Part shown: piece after piece, positions 1-9,575 of the stretch
Layout: every line of letters starts with the position of its first letter
Numbering within the stretch: position 1 is the first letter of the stretch
Origin: Methylotenera sp.
GTDB lineage: Bacteria > Pseudomonadota > Gammaproteobacteria > Burkholderiales > Methylophilaceae
Length of the DNA stretch: 44,050 bases
Assembly (NCBI GenBank): GCA_005791685.1
Contig: SXVG01000023.1
Coordinates: 1-44,050 of the forward strand
Direction: 5' to 3'
Position numbers and translations under genes: made by a program
The notes under the pieces: generated by a model
What the model was told of the DNA's origin: nothing
Database searches by the model: none
The model's input: the letters and a program-made list of their open reading frames with translations, nothing else

Positions 1-678
1 GCATTGGGCGATTTGGGTATCTGGATCAGGATGCACTATGTTTACCCTTATCCGCACGTGGATGAAGTCATCCCCTTGATGGCCGATGGCTTAATTCTGC
101 CTTATTTGGACGTGCCGTTTCAGCATGCCAGTCCACGTATACTAAAAGCCATGAAACGACCCGCGCATGCCGAGAATAACTTGGCGCGCATTAAAGCCTG
201 GCGTGAAATTTGCCCAGACATTACCGTGCGCAGTACCTTTATTGCCGGCTTCCCGGGTGAGACCGAAGACGACTTTCAAATGCTGTTGGACTTTTTAGAA
301 GAAGCGCAGCTAGACCGCGTGGGTTGTTTTGCCTATTCCGCGGTCGATGGGGCGGCGGCCAATGCCTTGCCCAATCCCGTGCCAGAAGAAATTAAACAAG
401 AACGTTTAAGTCGTTTTATGGCGGTGCAAGAGCGCATTAGTGCGGCCAAATTACACGGCAAAATAGGCAGCATGCAAACGGTATTGGTTGATGAAATCGT
501 CACCGATGCAGCCGGCAATGTGGAGGCGATAGGGCGTACCAAAGCCGACGCGCCTGAGATAGATGGGGTGGTGTATTTGCAGGACGCCGAAGGTTTGACG
601 CCGGGTGATTTTGTTGAGGTGGAAATTTACAGCGCCGATGGCCACGATTTGCGTGGCGGTCCACCGCGGGCTAGCTAA
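1..678 (+). CDS. rimO: Ribosomal protein S12 methylthiotransferase RimO, C-terminal part (5' end outside window)
   Basis: Radical-SAM C-terminal motifs [40 protein letters not shown] and a TRAM domain ([12 protein letters not shown]). The frame is open from base 1. Confidence 0.95.
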   Translation, partial: ALGDLGIWIRMHYVYPYPHVDEVIPLMADGLILPYLDVPFQHASPRILKAMKRPAHAENNLARIKAWREICPDITVRSTFIAGFPGETEDDFQMLLDFLEEAQLDRVGCFAYSAVDGAAANALPNPVPEEIKQERLSRFMAVQERISAAKLHGKIGSMQTVLVDEIVTDAAGNVEAIGRTKADAPEIDGVVYLQDAEGLTPGDFVEVEIYSADGHDLRGGPPRAS

Positions 679-994
679 ACAAATCCGGCATGATGGCTGT
701 CGGGCGTTGGCTGTCGGCACGTTCTTCTAAAAAATCAAAAGTCAGCGGGCAACGTGTCGGTTTGCGTGCGGCTTTGCGTTTTTTAGGGGTGCTGGCTTGT
801 AAGTCGATGTAGGGCGTTTGACTGATGCGCACGTAGCCTGAGCTGGCTAATTTTTCGGCGGTGGTTTCAAACAGGCTAAGTGGGTTGTCTATGTTTTGCA
901 GGGTGACGATGGCTTTGCTGACTTTCAGCACGTTATACATGGTAAATTTAGCCGCGGTTTGTTTACCGTAAATCTCGCCTGTGTGAATTTCCAC
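671..994 (-). CDS. Hypothetical protein (~107 aa) with a basic patch and an RCPLTFDF...PDLFS C-terminus
   Basis: The ORF fills the rimO-gltX gap. GGAGG lies 4 nt before an in-frame GTG at 994 (alternative starts at 1009 and 1069). No recognisable family. Confidence 0.65.
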   Translation of the reverse strand: MEIHTGEIYGKQTAAKFTMYNVLKVSKAIVTLQNIDNPLSLFETTAEKLASSGYVRISQTPYIDLQASTPKKRKAARKPTRCPLTFDFLEERADSQRPTAIMPDLFS

Positions 995-1088
995 TGTGCC
1001 TCCGAGCATGAATGTTTGCTTATGGTATCGCCACAATCGCCAATTAACAAGCTTTTTAGCGGGCGCCATGTGAGGATAGGCGCAGCCA

Positions 1089-1097
1089 TGTTAAAAT
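1089..1097 (+). promoter_or_regulatory. Putative extended -10 promoter of gltX (TGtTAAAAT)
   Basis: TGn-TAAAAT followed by a GC-rich discriminator, 28 nt before the gltX ATG. Confidence 0.5.
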
Positions 1098-1125
1098 GCC
1101 GCATTATTTGTAACCGCCCACTTCT

Positions 1126-2535
1126 ATGACAGTTCGCACACGATTTGCCCCCAGCCCTACCGGTTTCTTACACATAGGTGGCGCACGCACCGCCTTGTTT
1201 TCTTGGGCTTATGCTAAAAAACACGGTGGGGAGTTTATCTTACGCATTGAAGATACCGATGTGGCGCGCAGCACACCAGAAGCAGTGCAAGCCATATTAG
1301 GCGGCATGCATTGGCTGGGTTTGGATTACGACCAAGGCCCGTTTTATCAAATGCAGCGTATGGATCGCTATAAAGCCGTGATACAAACCATGTTGACGGC
1401 AGGCAGTGCCTATTATTGCTACAGCAGCAAGGAAGAGCTGGAAGCCTTGCGTGAGCAGCAAATGGCGCAAAAATTAAAACCACGTTACGATGGTAAATGG
1501 CGTCCGGAAGCGGGTAAGGTATTGCCCAATCCGCCGGTTGATGTTGCGCCTGTCATTCGTTTTAAGAATCCACAAGACGGGGTGGTGGCATGGGACGATC
1601 TAGTTAAAGGTCGCATAGAAATTGCCAACAGCGAATTGGATGACTTAATCATCGCCCGTGCTGACGGCACGCCCACTTATAATTTTTGTGTGGTGGTAGA
1701 CGACAGCGACATGGGCATCACCCAAGTCATACGCGGCGACGATCACGTCAATAACACGCCGCGGCAAATCAATATGTTGCAAGCTTTGGCGGCCATAGAC
1801 AGCAACATTCAAGTGCCGCAATACGCGCATTTATCCATGATATTGGGCAGCGACGGGCAAAAGTTATCCAAGCGGCATGGTGCGGTGAGCGTCATGCAAT
1901 ACCATGAAGACGGCTATCTGCCGGAAGCGGTCATCAATTATTTGGCCAGATTGGGCTGGAGTCATGGCGACGAAGAGGTGTTCAGTAAAGAGCAGTTTGC
2001 TGCGTGGTTTGATTTGGATCACATTACGCCGTCGGCCGCGCAATTTAACACCGAAAAGCTCAATTGGTTAAACGCCTGTTACATTAAACAAGCCGATAGC
2101 GACTATTTGATTAAGGACATTGGCCAGCGTTTAGGGCAGTTAAATGTAACGGTGGATGATGCGGTTAAGTTGGCGGCCAGCATTGATTTGTACAAAGAGC
2201 GCGTCCATACCTTGAACGAGTTGGCGGCGGCGATAGCCTACTTTTATCAACAGCCTACGCCCGATGCTGAGGCCGTGCAAAAACACCTAACGGCAGACAT
2301 TAAACCCATCCTTAGCGCATTGGCGACCACCTTAAAAAACACCGCTTGGCAAGCGGAAGCCATACACCATGCGATAGAGGCGGCGGTGACGACTAACGGC
2401 CTTAAGTTTCCTAAGTTGGCCATGCCATTACGGGTGATATTGACCGGCATCGCGCAATCGCCCAGCATAGACCAAGTGATGGCTTTGTTGGGTAAGGATG
2501 AAGTATTGGCTAGGCTGGATCTAGCCTTAAATTAA
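1126..2535 (+). CDS. gltX: Glutamate--tRNA ligase
   Basis: [14 protein letters not shown] (HIGH) motif, LRIEDTD, IRGDDH and KLSKR (KMSKS) motifs. Confidence 0.98.
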   Translation: MTVRTRFAPSPTGFLHIGGARTALFSWAYAKKHGGEFILRIEDTDVARSTPEAVQAILGGMHWLGLDYDQGPFYQMQRMDRYKAVIQTMLTAGSAYYCYSSKEELEALREQQMAQKLKPRYDGKWRPEAGKVLPNPPVDVAPVIRFKNPQDGVVAWDDLVKGRIEIANSELDDLIIARADGTPTYNFCVVVDDSDMGITQVIRGDDHVNNTPRQINMLQALAAIDSNIQVPQYAHLSMILGSDGQKLSKRHGAVSVMQYHEDGYLPEAVINYLARLGWSHGDEEVFSKEQFAAWFDLDHITPSAAQFNTEKLNWLNACYIKQADSDYLIKDIGQRLGQLNVTVDDAVKLAASIDLYKERVHTLNELAAAIAYFYQQPTPDAEAVQKHLTADIKPILSALATTLKNTAWQAEAIHHAIEAAVTTNGLKFPKLAMPLRVILTGIAQSPSIDQVMALLGKDEVLARLDLALN

Positions 2536-2554
2536 GCGGGTATTTTTTTTAAGG

Positions 2555-2582
2555 CTTGAAATTTTTGCTTTCTGCCACACAT
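2555..2582 (+). promoter_or_regulatory. Putative sigma32-type promoter upstream of hfq
   Basis: CTTGAAA-N13-CCACACAT resembles the RpoH consensus CTTGAA-N13-17-CCCCAT. The enterobacterial hfq-hflXKC operon has heat-shock promoters. Confidence 0.4.
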
Positions 2583-2629
2583 TAAATTCAAATCGGTATT
2601 AATTTTTATTGAAAACCACGCTAAGGCCA

Positions 2630-2657
2630 TTGTTCTAAAATTTAAGCAGCGTATTAT
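2630..2657 (+). promoter_or_regulatory. Putative sigma70 promoter of hfq
   Basis: TTGTTC-N16-TATTAT, followed by an A/U-rich leader and an AGGGAG RBS. Confidence 0.4.
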
Positions 2658-2714
2658 CAGCTATACAGCTTAATTTAAGCCTTATTTATTTAACTCCAAA
2701 CAATAGGAGGCATC

Positions 2715-2951
2715 ATGACTCACAAAGGGCAAATGTTACAAGACCCATTCCTTAACGCTTTACGCAAAGAACACGTTGCCGTGTCCATCTATCTGGTCAA
2801 TGGCATTAAATTACAAGGTCAAGTGGATTCTTTTGATCAATACGTGATTTTGCTAAAGAATACCGTTACGCAAATGGTCTATAAGCATGCTATTTCAACC
2901 ATCGTGCCGGCACGCATGGTGGCTTTTAATCTGACTGAAGATGAAGCGTAA
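2715..2951 (+). CDS. hfq: RNA chaperone Hfq
   Basis: [22 protein letters not shown] and [10 protein letters not shown] Sm motifs. Confidence 0.99.
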   Translation: MTHKGQMLQDPFLNALRKEHVAVSIYLVNGIKLQGQVDSFDQYVILLKNTVTQMVYKHAISTIVPARMVAFNLTEDEA

Positions 2952-2982
2952 GCCTAGATTGATTAGCGTGGTCGCGTAAACC

Positions 2983-4119
2983 TTGAAAGATTTGTTTGAA
3001 CGCCCAGGCGGCTTTGACGCCGCCATTATGGTGAGCGTCGATTTCGGTGACCACGATTACCAGGAAAGTTTGCATGAACTTAGGCAGTTAAGTTTGACGG
3101 CAGGCTTGGCCATACGTGGCACGGTTGAAGCGAAGCGCGCGGCACCCGACGCCAAATGCTTTATAGGCAGTGGCAAAGCCGATGAATTGGCGCAAATGAT
3201 GCAGGCCAGCGAATCGAATATTGCGGTATTTAATCACGACCTTTCCCCTTCCCAGCAACGTAATTTAGAGCGCTTACTGCAAGCGCGGGTGGTGGATAGA
3301 ACCGGTTTAATACTGGATATTTTTAGCCAGCGCGCACAAAGCCACGAAGGTAAATTGCAAGTGGAATTGGCGCAGTTGGAGCACCTGTCGACTCGCTTGG
3401 TCCGAGGTTGGACGCATTTAGAGCGACAAAAGGGCGGTATAGGCGTGCGCGGTGGCCCCGGTGAAACGCAGTTGGAATTGGATAGACGCATGTTGCGTGT
3501 GCGGGTCAAGCAGTTACGTGAGAAGTTAATTAAACTTAAAGCCCAGCGTGGCATGCAGCGCCGGGCGCGTAAGCGTTCCAATGTCATGACCGTGTCTTTG
3601 GTGGGCTATACCAATGCCGGTAAATCCACGGTATTTAATCGCCTGACCAAGGCCGATATTTACGTGGCCGATCAGTTGTTTGCCACCTTGGACACCACCA
3701 CCCATAAGATTTATATTGCCGATTGCGGTTCGGTGGTGCTGTCGGATACGGTGGGGTTTATTAAGCATTTGCCGCATGCTTTGGTTGAAGCCTTTGGCGC
3801 CACTTTGGAAGAGGCGGTGCAGGCCGATTTATTATTGCACATAGTCGATACGGCGAGCACCAACCGGGATGAGCAGATTGCCCAAGTGAATAAGGTTTTG
3901 CTGGAGATAGGCGCGGCCAATGTACCGCAAATTTTGGTGCACAATCAGATTGATCGAGTAGGCTTGATGCCTGCTATTAGCCGCGACGAATATGGTAGAA
4001 TTACTGGCCTACATGTTTCAGCTAAAACCGGTGAAGGAATGGATTTGTTAAGGTTGGCTATTGCCGAACATGGCCAGTATTTGCAGAAACTGAGTACGGA
4101 AGAAAGCGCTTACGCTTAA
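2983..4119 (+). CDS. hflX: Ribosome-splitting GTPase HflX
   Basis: GPGETQLE, G1 GYTNAGKS, G2 LFATLD, G3 DTVGF. TTG start; directly follows hfq. Confidence 0.98.
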   Translation: MKDLFERPGGFDAAIMVSVDFGDHDYQESLHELRQLSLTAGLAIRGTVEAKRAAPDAKCFIGSGKADELAQMMQASESNIAVFNHDLSPSQQRNLERLLQARVVDRTGLILDIFSQRAQSHEGKLQVELAQLEHLSTRLVRGWTHLERQKGGIGVRGGPGETQLELDRRMLRVRVKQLREKLIKLKAQRGMQRRARKRSNVMTVSLVGYTNAGKSTVFNRLTKADIYVADQLFATLDTTTHKIYIADCGSVVLSDTVGFIKHLPHALVEAFGATLEEAVQADLLLHIVDTASTNRDEQIAQVNKVLLEIGAANVPQILVHNQIDRVGLMPAISRDEYGRITGLHVSAKTGEGMDLLRLAIAEHGQYLQKLSTEESAYA

Positions 4120-4174
4120 GTTGGTTTGGCTTGCTGTGGTGGGTGTCTAAAAACGATGGATTTTGGAGCGTTAA

Positions 4175-5374
4175 ATGATTAAATTTCCTGGCTGGTTACA
4201 GGGTAATAATGAAGGCCCACCCGACTTGGATCAGGTGATGCGTGATTTAAGTCGCAAAATTAACAATTTATTTGGCAAAGGCGGGGGCAATCAGCCTAAT
4301 CGTCAGCCAAACAAGCCCCCCAGTGCGCCGATGGACAGCCCTGCTTTGCCCGTGTTGCCCATCATCATGGTGTTGGGTTTGGTTTGGTTGGGCACGGGAT
4401 TTTATATCGTTGATCAAGGCTCCTTGGGTGTGGTGAAGCGTTTCGGTAACTTTGTCGACACCACTGAACCTGGCCCACGTTGGCATTTTCCTTATCCATT
4501 GGAATCCGCGGATGTGGTCAATATGGAGCAAGTGCGCCGTTTGGAAGTGGGCTACCGAAGCGCGGGTGAAGGCAGTGGTAGCAAGGTCAAGCAACCTAAA
4601 GAAGCCTTGATGTTGACCGAAGATGAAAACATCATTGATTTGCAGTTTGCCGTGCAATACAACCTCAAAAATGCCAAAGATTATTTGTTTAACAACCGTT
4701 CAACCGATGAGGCCGTCATGTCGGCCGCGGAAACCGCCATACGTGAAGTGGTGGGCAAAAGTAAATTGGATGATTTATTGCAAAAAGGCTTGGCCGACAC
4801 CTCTGAGCGCATGCAAATCATATTGGACAGTTATAAAACTGGGGTGAACATTACCAGCGTTTCTTTGCAAAGTGCGCAACCGCCTGAGCAGGTGCAAGAA
4901 GCCTTTGAGGACGTCAACCGGGCTAACCAAGACAACCAAAGGCAGATTAACGAAGGTCAAGCTTACGCCAATGACATTGTCCCTAAAGCGCGCGGAACAG
5001 CTTCCAGGTTGTTGGCCGAGGCAGCCGGTTATAAGTTGAAGATAGAAAATGAAGCCAAAGGTAATGCCAGTCGCTTTGAGCAAATTTTAGGGCAGTATAA
5101 AAATGCACCGGAAGTGACGCGTCAGCGCTTATTTTTAGAAGCGCAAGAACAGATTTTATCCAGCGTCAGCAAGGTGGTGGTGGATCAAAAAGCCGGCAAC
5201 AGCATGCTGTATTTGCCTTTGGATAAATTGATTCATGCAACGGAAGACGGTGCCGCACAAAAATCGCAGTCCTTGCAATCGCTCAATCCACAAACGGCAG
5301 CAGCAGTCGACCCTGCTGTGCCAACCGATCGTACACGTGACGCTTTTCGTAGTCGCGACAGAGAAAGCAGGTAA
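4175..5374 (+). CDS. hflK: FtsH protease modulator HflK
   Basis: N-terminal GPPDLD, TM helix, SPFH domain (MLTEDENII), APEVTRQRLFLE; synteny. Confidence 0.97.
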   Translation: MIKFPGWLQGNNEGPPDLDQVMRDLSRKINNLFGKGGGNQPNRQPNKPPSAPMDSPALPVLPIIMVLGLVWLGTGFYIVDQGSLGVVKRFGNFVDTTEPGPRWHFPYPLESADVVNMEQVRRLEVGYRSAGEGSGSKVKQPKEALMLTEDENIIDLQFAVQYNLKNAKDYLFNNRSTDEAVMSAAETAIREVVGKSKLDDLLQKGLADTSERMQIILDSYKTGVNITSVSLQSAQPPEQVQEAFEDVNRANQDNQRQINEGQAYANDIVPKARGTASRLLAEAAGYKLKIENEAKGNASRFEQILGQYKNAPEVTRQRLFLEAQEQILSSVSKVVVDQKAGNSMLYLPLDKLIHATEDGAAQKSQSLQSLNPQTAAAVDPAVPTDRTRDAFRSRDRESR

Positions 5375-5383
5375 GGGCTAGCG

Positions 5384-6256
5384 ATGAAAAATTTAACGCA
5401 CATTCTGGTGGCAGCCGCCATCGCTATTTTAGTGTTCAGCAGTTCGGTGTTTACCGTCGATCAAACGCAGTTCGTTATCGTGCAGCGTTTGGGTGAGATC
5501 GTGGCGGTCAAAAAACAAGCGGGCATGCATTTCAAATTACCCATAGTGGACAATTTAAAATACTTTGATAACCGTATCTTGACCCTGGATTGGGAGCAGC
5601 CGGCTAAATTTATCACCAGTGAAAATAAATACATGATGGTGGATTCCTTTGTGAAATGGCGCATCATCGATCCGGCTAAATACTACGTGTCGATTAAAGA
5701 CGGTGGCGAAGCGGCGGCGGAAGATAGGCTGTCTAAAGTGGTGAATGCGGGTTTGCGCGCTGAATTTGGTAAACGTACTGTGCATGATGTGATTGCCGGT
5801 GAGCGTGGCACGATTATGGACAATTTGCGTAAACGGGCGGACATGGAAGCTCGTCAGATCGGTATACAAGTGGTGGACGTGCGCTTGAAACGGGTGGATT
5901 ACGCGGAGGAAATCAGCAAGTCGGTGTTTGACCGCATGATAGCCGAACGTAAACGCTTGGCCAACCAACTGCGTTCGGAAGGCTCAGCATCCTCAGAGAA
6001 AATTCGTGCCGATGCGGATAAGCAGCGCGAGGTGATTATTGCGGAAGCTTACCGTGATGCGCAAAAAACCAAAGGCGAGGGCGATGCCGCAGCGGCAGCC
6101 ATTTACAATCAGGCTTACGGTAAAAATCCGGAGTTCTACGCGTTTTATCGCAGTACCGAGGTGTATAAAAACACCTTTAAAAGTAAGAGCGATGTCATGG
6201 TCTTAGACCCAAGCTCAGACTTTTTCAAATACATACGCAGTCCGAATAAAAAATAA
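5384..6256 (+). CDS. hflC: FtsH protease modulator HflC
   Basis: TM helix plus SPFH domain, VVDVRLKR, RMIAER, PEFYAFYRS; follows hflK. Confidence 0.97.
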   Translation: MKNLTHILVAAAIAILVFSSSVFTVDQTQFVIVQRLGEIVAVKKQAGMHFKLPIVDNLKYFDNRILTLDWEQPAKFITSENKYMMVDSFVKWRIIDPAKYYVSIKDGGEAAAEDRLSKVVNAGLRAEFGKRTVHDVIAGERGTIMDNLRKRADMEARQIGIQVVDVRLKRVDYAEEISKSVFDRMIAERKRLANQLRSEGSASSEKIRADADKQREVIIAEAYRDAQKTKGEGDAAAAAIYNQAYGKNPEFYAFYRSTEVYKNTFKSKSDVMVLDPSSDFFKYIRSPNKK

Positions 6257-6257
6257 A

Positions 6258-6446
6258 GTGCAGGCCAGCTTATTCACCGCCTTAGGCTTGATGCTGGTCT
6301 TAGAAGGCTTGATGCCTTTGTTATTGCCGCAAGCTTGGCGCGAAACTTTTCAGCGTCTGCTGGCTTTTAAAGATGGCCAGCTGCGGTTCGTCGGTTTGTT
6401 GTCGGTGTTAGCAGGCTTGTTATTGATTTGGTTCACTAATCATTAA
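6258..6446 (+). CDS. DUF2065 (YjeT-like) small membrane protein
   Basis: ALGLMLVLEGLMP...P..WR...LR.VG pattern; conserved position between hflC and hisZ/purA. Confidence 0.9.
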   Translation: MQASLFTALGLMLVLEGLMPLLLPQAWRETFQRLLAFKDGQLRFVGLLSVLAGLLLIWFTNH

Positions 6447-6458
6447 AGATGAGAAAAA

Positions 6459-7625
6459 ATGCGTAATTGGCTACTTCCAGAATACATAGAAGACGTGTTG
6501 CCAGCAGAGGCGGCGCGTATTGAATCCATGCGCCGTACTTTACTCGATTTGTTTCGAGTACACGGCTACCAGTATGTCATTCCACCTATGCTGGAATACC
6601 TAGAATCCTTAACCACCGGTGCCGGGCATGATTTGGATTTGGCTACCTTTAAGGTGGTCGACCAATTAAGCGGTCGTTTGATGGGCGTGCGTGCTGACAT
6701 GACGCCACAAGCCGCTCGTATCGATGCGCATTTGCTCAATCAGCAAGGCATTACGCGTTTATGCTATGCCGGCAGCGTGCTGCGCACCAAACCGGATGGC
6801 CTAGCGCAAACGCGTGAACCATTGCAGTTGGGTGCCGAGCTATACGGTCATGCTGGCGTGGCCAGTGACATTGAAATACAGCGGCTGTTAATTCAAGCCT
6901 TGCACGCCATAGGCGTGAATCAGGTGCAGATGGATTTTAGCCACGTGGACATCTTTGGTAGTTTGATTGCTGCCAGCAGCATAGGCCCACAGTTGGAACA
7001 AGATTTGTACGCTGCCTTGCAAAGTAAAGACCAGGCCAGCGTAGCCGGCTTAACGCAAACTTTGGATAAAGCCACCCGTGAGGCTTTGTTGCAGTTGACC
7101 GAGCTCAATGGCGACAAAGCTATATTGCTAAAAGCGGCTAAAGTGTTGCCTGCTATGCCGGCCATACAAGCCGCCTTAGCCAGTTTAAGCGCCGTCAGCA
7201 CGGCTCTGGCTGATTTAGACGTTAGTGTGAGTTTTGATTTAAGCGAACTGCGTGGCTACCACTACCACAGCGGCATGGTCTTTGCCGCCTACGCGCAAGG
7301 CTACAAGGGCCCATTGGCCTTAGGTGGCCGTTACGACGAAGTTGGCTTGGCTTTTGGTCGGGCGCGACCTGCCACCGGTTTTAGTTTGGATTTGCGTGGC
7401 GTGGTCACGGCCTTAGCGCCAGCCCAATTGCCACTGGCTATTTTCGCGCCCGCGCAAGCCGATGCCAGCCTAAGCTTAAAAATTGCCGCATTAAGGGCAG
7501 AAGGACACATTGTTATACAAGCCTTGCCTGATGCAGGCGGCGATGTAAAAGAATTAAATTGCGATAAAAAATTAGCCCATTACAACTCCGGTTGGCATGT
7601 GGTGGCAATGGATAATGATCGCTAA
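6459..7625 (+). CDS. hisZ: ATP phosphoribosyltransferase regulatory subunit HisZ
   Basis: WLLPEYIEDVLP, RADMTPQAARIDAH, LRGYHYHSG, GGRYD (HisRS-like fold); upstream of purA. Confidence 0.97.
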   Translation: MRNWLLPEYIEDVLPAEAARIESMRRTLLDLFRVHGYQYVIPPMLEYLESLTTGAGHDLDLATFKVVDQLSGRLMGVRADMTPQAARIDAHLLNQQGITRLCYAGSVLRTKPDGLAQTREPLQLGAELYGHAGVASDIEIQRLLIQALHAIGVNQVQMDFSHVDIFGSLIAASSIGPQLEQDLYAALQSKDQASVAGLTQTLDKATREALLQLTELNGDKAILLKAAKVLPAMPAIQAALASLSAVSTALADLDVSVSFDLSELRGYHYHSGMVFAAYAQGYKGPLALGGRYDEVGLAFGRARPATGFSLDLRGVVTALAPAQLPLAIFAPAQADASLSLKIAALRAEGHIVIQALPDAGGDVKELNCDKKLAHYNSGWHVVAMDNDR

Positions 7626-7668
7626 TCAAGTAAACACACTCTCAAATTAAAATTATAAAGTTAATGTT

Positions 7669-9000
7669 ATGGCAAAAAATGCAGCAAAAAATGTAGTCGT
7701 TATAGGCACGCAGTGGGGCGATGAGGGTAAAGGCAAGATAGTCGATTGGCTAACTGACCACGCACAAGGCGTAGTGCGCTTTCAAGGCGGCCATAACGCA
7801 GGCCATACCCTAGTGGTCGGCCAAGGCGATGCGCAGCGTGTTTACAAGCTGAATTTAGTGCCCTCCGGCATAGTCCGTTCTGGCATTAACTGCTACATAG
7901 GCAACGGCGTGGTATTGGATGCCGGTCATTTATTGGGCGAAATTGCCGCGCTGGAAAAAGACGGTTTAGAGGTCAAAAGCCGCTTAAAAGTCAGCTCAGG
8001 CTGCCCACTCATTTTAAGCCATCATGTGGCGGTGGACGTGGCCAGGGAAGCCAAACGCAGTGCCGACAAAAAAATAGGCACCACCGGCAAAGGCATAGGC
8101 CCAACTTACGAAGACAAAGTGGCGCGCCGCGCACTGCGTGTTTACGATTTATTTTACCCAGAACGTTTCTCAGAAAAATTACGCGAAGTGATGGATTACC
8201 ATAACTTTGTCTTAAACCATTATTTGGATGCCAAGCCGGTTGATTTTAATCAGCAATACGATGCCAGCATGGCCCATGCTATTGCCTTGAAGCCCATGAT
8301 CAGCGACATCTCCGCCGAGTTGTATGCGGCCAATGGCCGTGGTGATAATTTATTATTTGAAGGCGCGCAAGGCACTTTGCTAGACATCGATCACGGCACT
8401 TACCCGTATGTAACTTCCAGCAATTGTATCGCCGGTCAAGCCTCTGCCGGCACCGGTGTGGGTGCCAATATGTTGCATTACGTCTTAGGCATTACCAAAG
8501 CCTACACCACCCGTGTCGGTGGCGGGCCTTTCCCCAGTGAGTTGGACATTGAAACGGCGGGTCTGCCTGGTTACCAAATGTCCACCAAAGGTCAAGAGAT
8601 AGGCACGGTGACTAAACGCAAGCGTCGCTGCGGCTGGTTTGATGCGGCCGCCTTGCGTCGCTCGGCCATGATCAATGGTTTGACCGGTTTGTGCATCACC
8701 AAGTTGGACGTGTTGGATGGCATAGACGAGCTTAAAATCTGCACAGGCTATGAGCTAGAAGGTAAAAAGATAGACTTGTTGCCCATAGGCGCGGACGACG
8801 TGGCGGGTTGTAAGCCTATCTACGAAACCGTACCAGGCTGGACAGAAAACACCTTTGGGGTAAAAACTTGGGGCGGCTTGCCTAAAAATGCACAACACTA
8901 TCTCAAACGTCTGGAAGCCTTGTGTGGCGTGCCTGTGGCCATTGTTTCAACCGGCCCTGAGCGCGATGAAACCATCGTTATCGAGCATCCTTTCGCTTAA
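7669..9000 (+). CDS. purA: Adenylosuccinate synthetase
   Basis: [45 protein letters not shown]. Confidence 0.99.
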   Translation: MAKNAAKNVVVIGTQWGDEGKGKIVDWLTDHAQGVVRFQGGHNAGHTLVVGQGDAQRVYKLNLVPSGIVRSGINCYIGNGVVLDAGHLLGEIAALEKDGLEVKSRLKVSSGCPLILSHHVAVDVAREAKRSADKKIGTTGKGIGPTYEDKVARRALRVYDLFYPERFSEKLREVMDYHNFVLNHYLDAKPVDFNQQYDASMAHAIALKPMISDISAELYAANGRGDNLLFEGAQGTLLDIDHGTYPYVTSSNCIAGQASAGTGVGANMLHYVLGITKAYTTRVGGGPFPSELDIETAGLPGYQMSTKGQEIGTVTKRKRRCGWFDAAALRRSAMINGLTGLCITKLDVLDGIDELKICTGYELEGKKIDLLPIGADDVAGCKPIYETVPGWTENTFGVKTWGGLPKNAQHYLKRLEALCGVPVAIVSTGPERDETIVIEHPFA

Positions 9001-9008
9001 GTTAAACC

Positions 9009-9566
9009 ATGCAAAAGCAGCGCTTAGCTTGGGCTATTTCAGGTTCTGGGCATTACCTAAGAGAGAGCTTAGACCTGCTGGGCAGCTTGTCCGATGTGGA
9101 TGTGTTTTTAAGTAAAGCCGCGGCTGAAATTATCCAGCAATACGGCTTTCAGGCTCAGTTGGATGCCACGCAGCACCGGGTTTATCACGATAAAACCGCC
9201 AGTAGCGTGCCGGTGGGTTTGCTCTACAGTGGCCATTACCACACTTTGGTGATCGCCCCTGCCACGTCTAACACCATCGCAAAAATGGCCTACGGCTTTT
9301 CCGATTCTTTGGTGACCAATTTGTATGCACAAGCCGGCAAAACCCGTGTGCCTAGCTTGGTGTTTGCTTGTGACGCCGTGCCAGAGCAGTTGGCCGGCGC
9401 CATTGAATCCGAAGCGCCGCGGCAAAAAACCGTGCAAGTGTACCCTAGGCAAATTGATTTGGCCAACGTGGCTAAATTGGCTGAGTTTGAAGCTACCTTC
9501 GTTTTTGCAGACATCCCCGCATTGGCCACTGCCATCGCCCAGCGCTTGCAGGCAATAGGCGCTTAA
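9009..9566 (+). CDS. afpA: Archaeal-type flavoprotein AfpA / dihydromethanopterin reductase DmrB-like
   Basis: AWAISGSGHYL and APATSNTIAKMAYGFSDSLVTN..AQAGK (HFCD flavoprotein fold); adjacent to H4MPT biosynthesis genes. Confidence 0.85.
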   Translation: MQKQRLAWAISGSGHYLRESLDLLGSLSDVDVFLSKAAAEIIQQYGFQAQLDATQHRVYHDKTASSVPVGLLYSGHYHTLVIAPATSNTIAKMAYGFSDSLVTNLYAQAGKTRVPSLVFACDAVPEQLAGAIESEAPRQKTVQVYPRQIDLANVAKLAEFEATFVFADIPALATAIAQRLQAIGA

Positions 9567-9575
9567 CTTTTCGCC

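Noticed and set aside
2536-2714. tRNA genes, which often follow gltX
   Set aside because: The region is AT-rich with no cloverleaf, TTCGA T-loop or CCA end.
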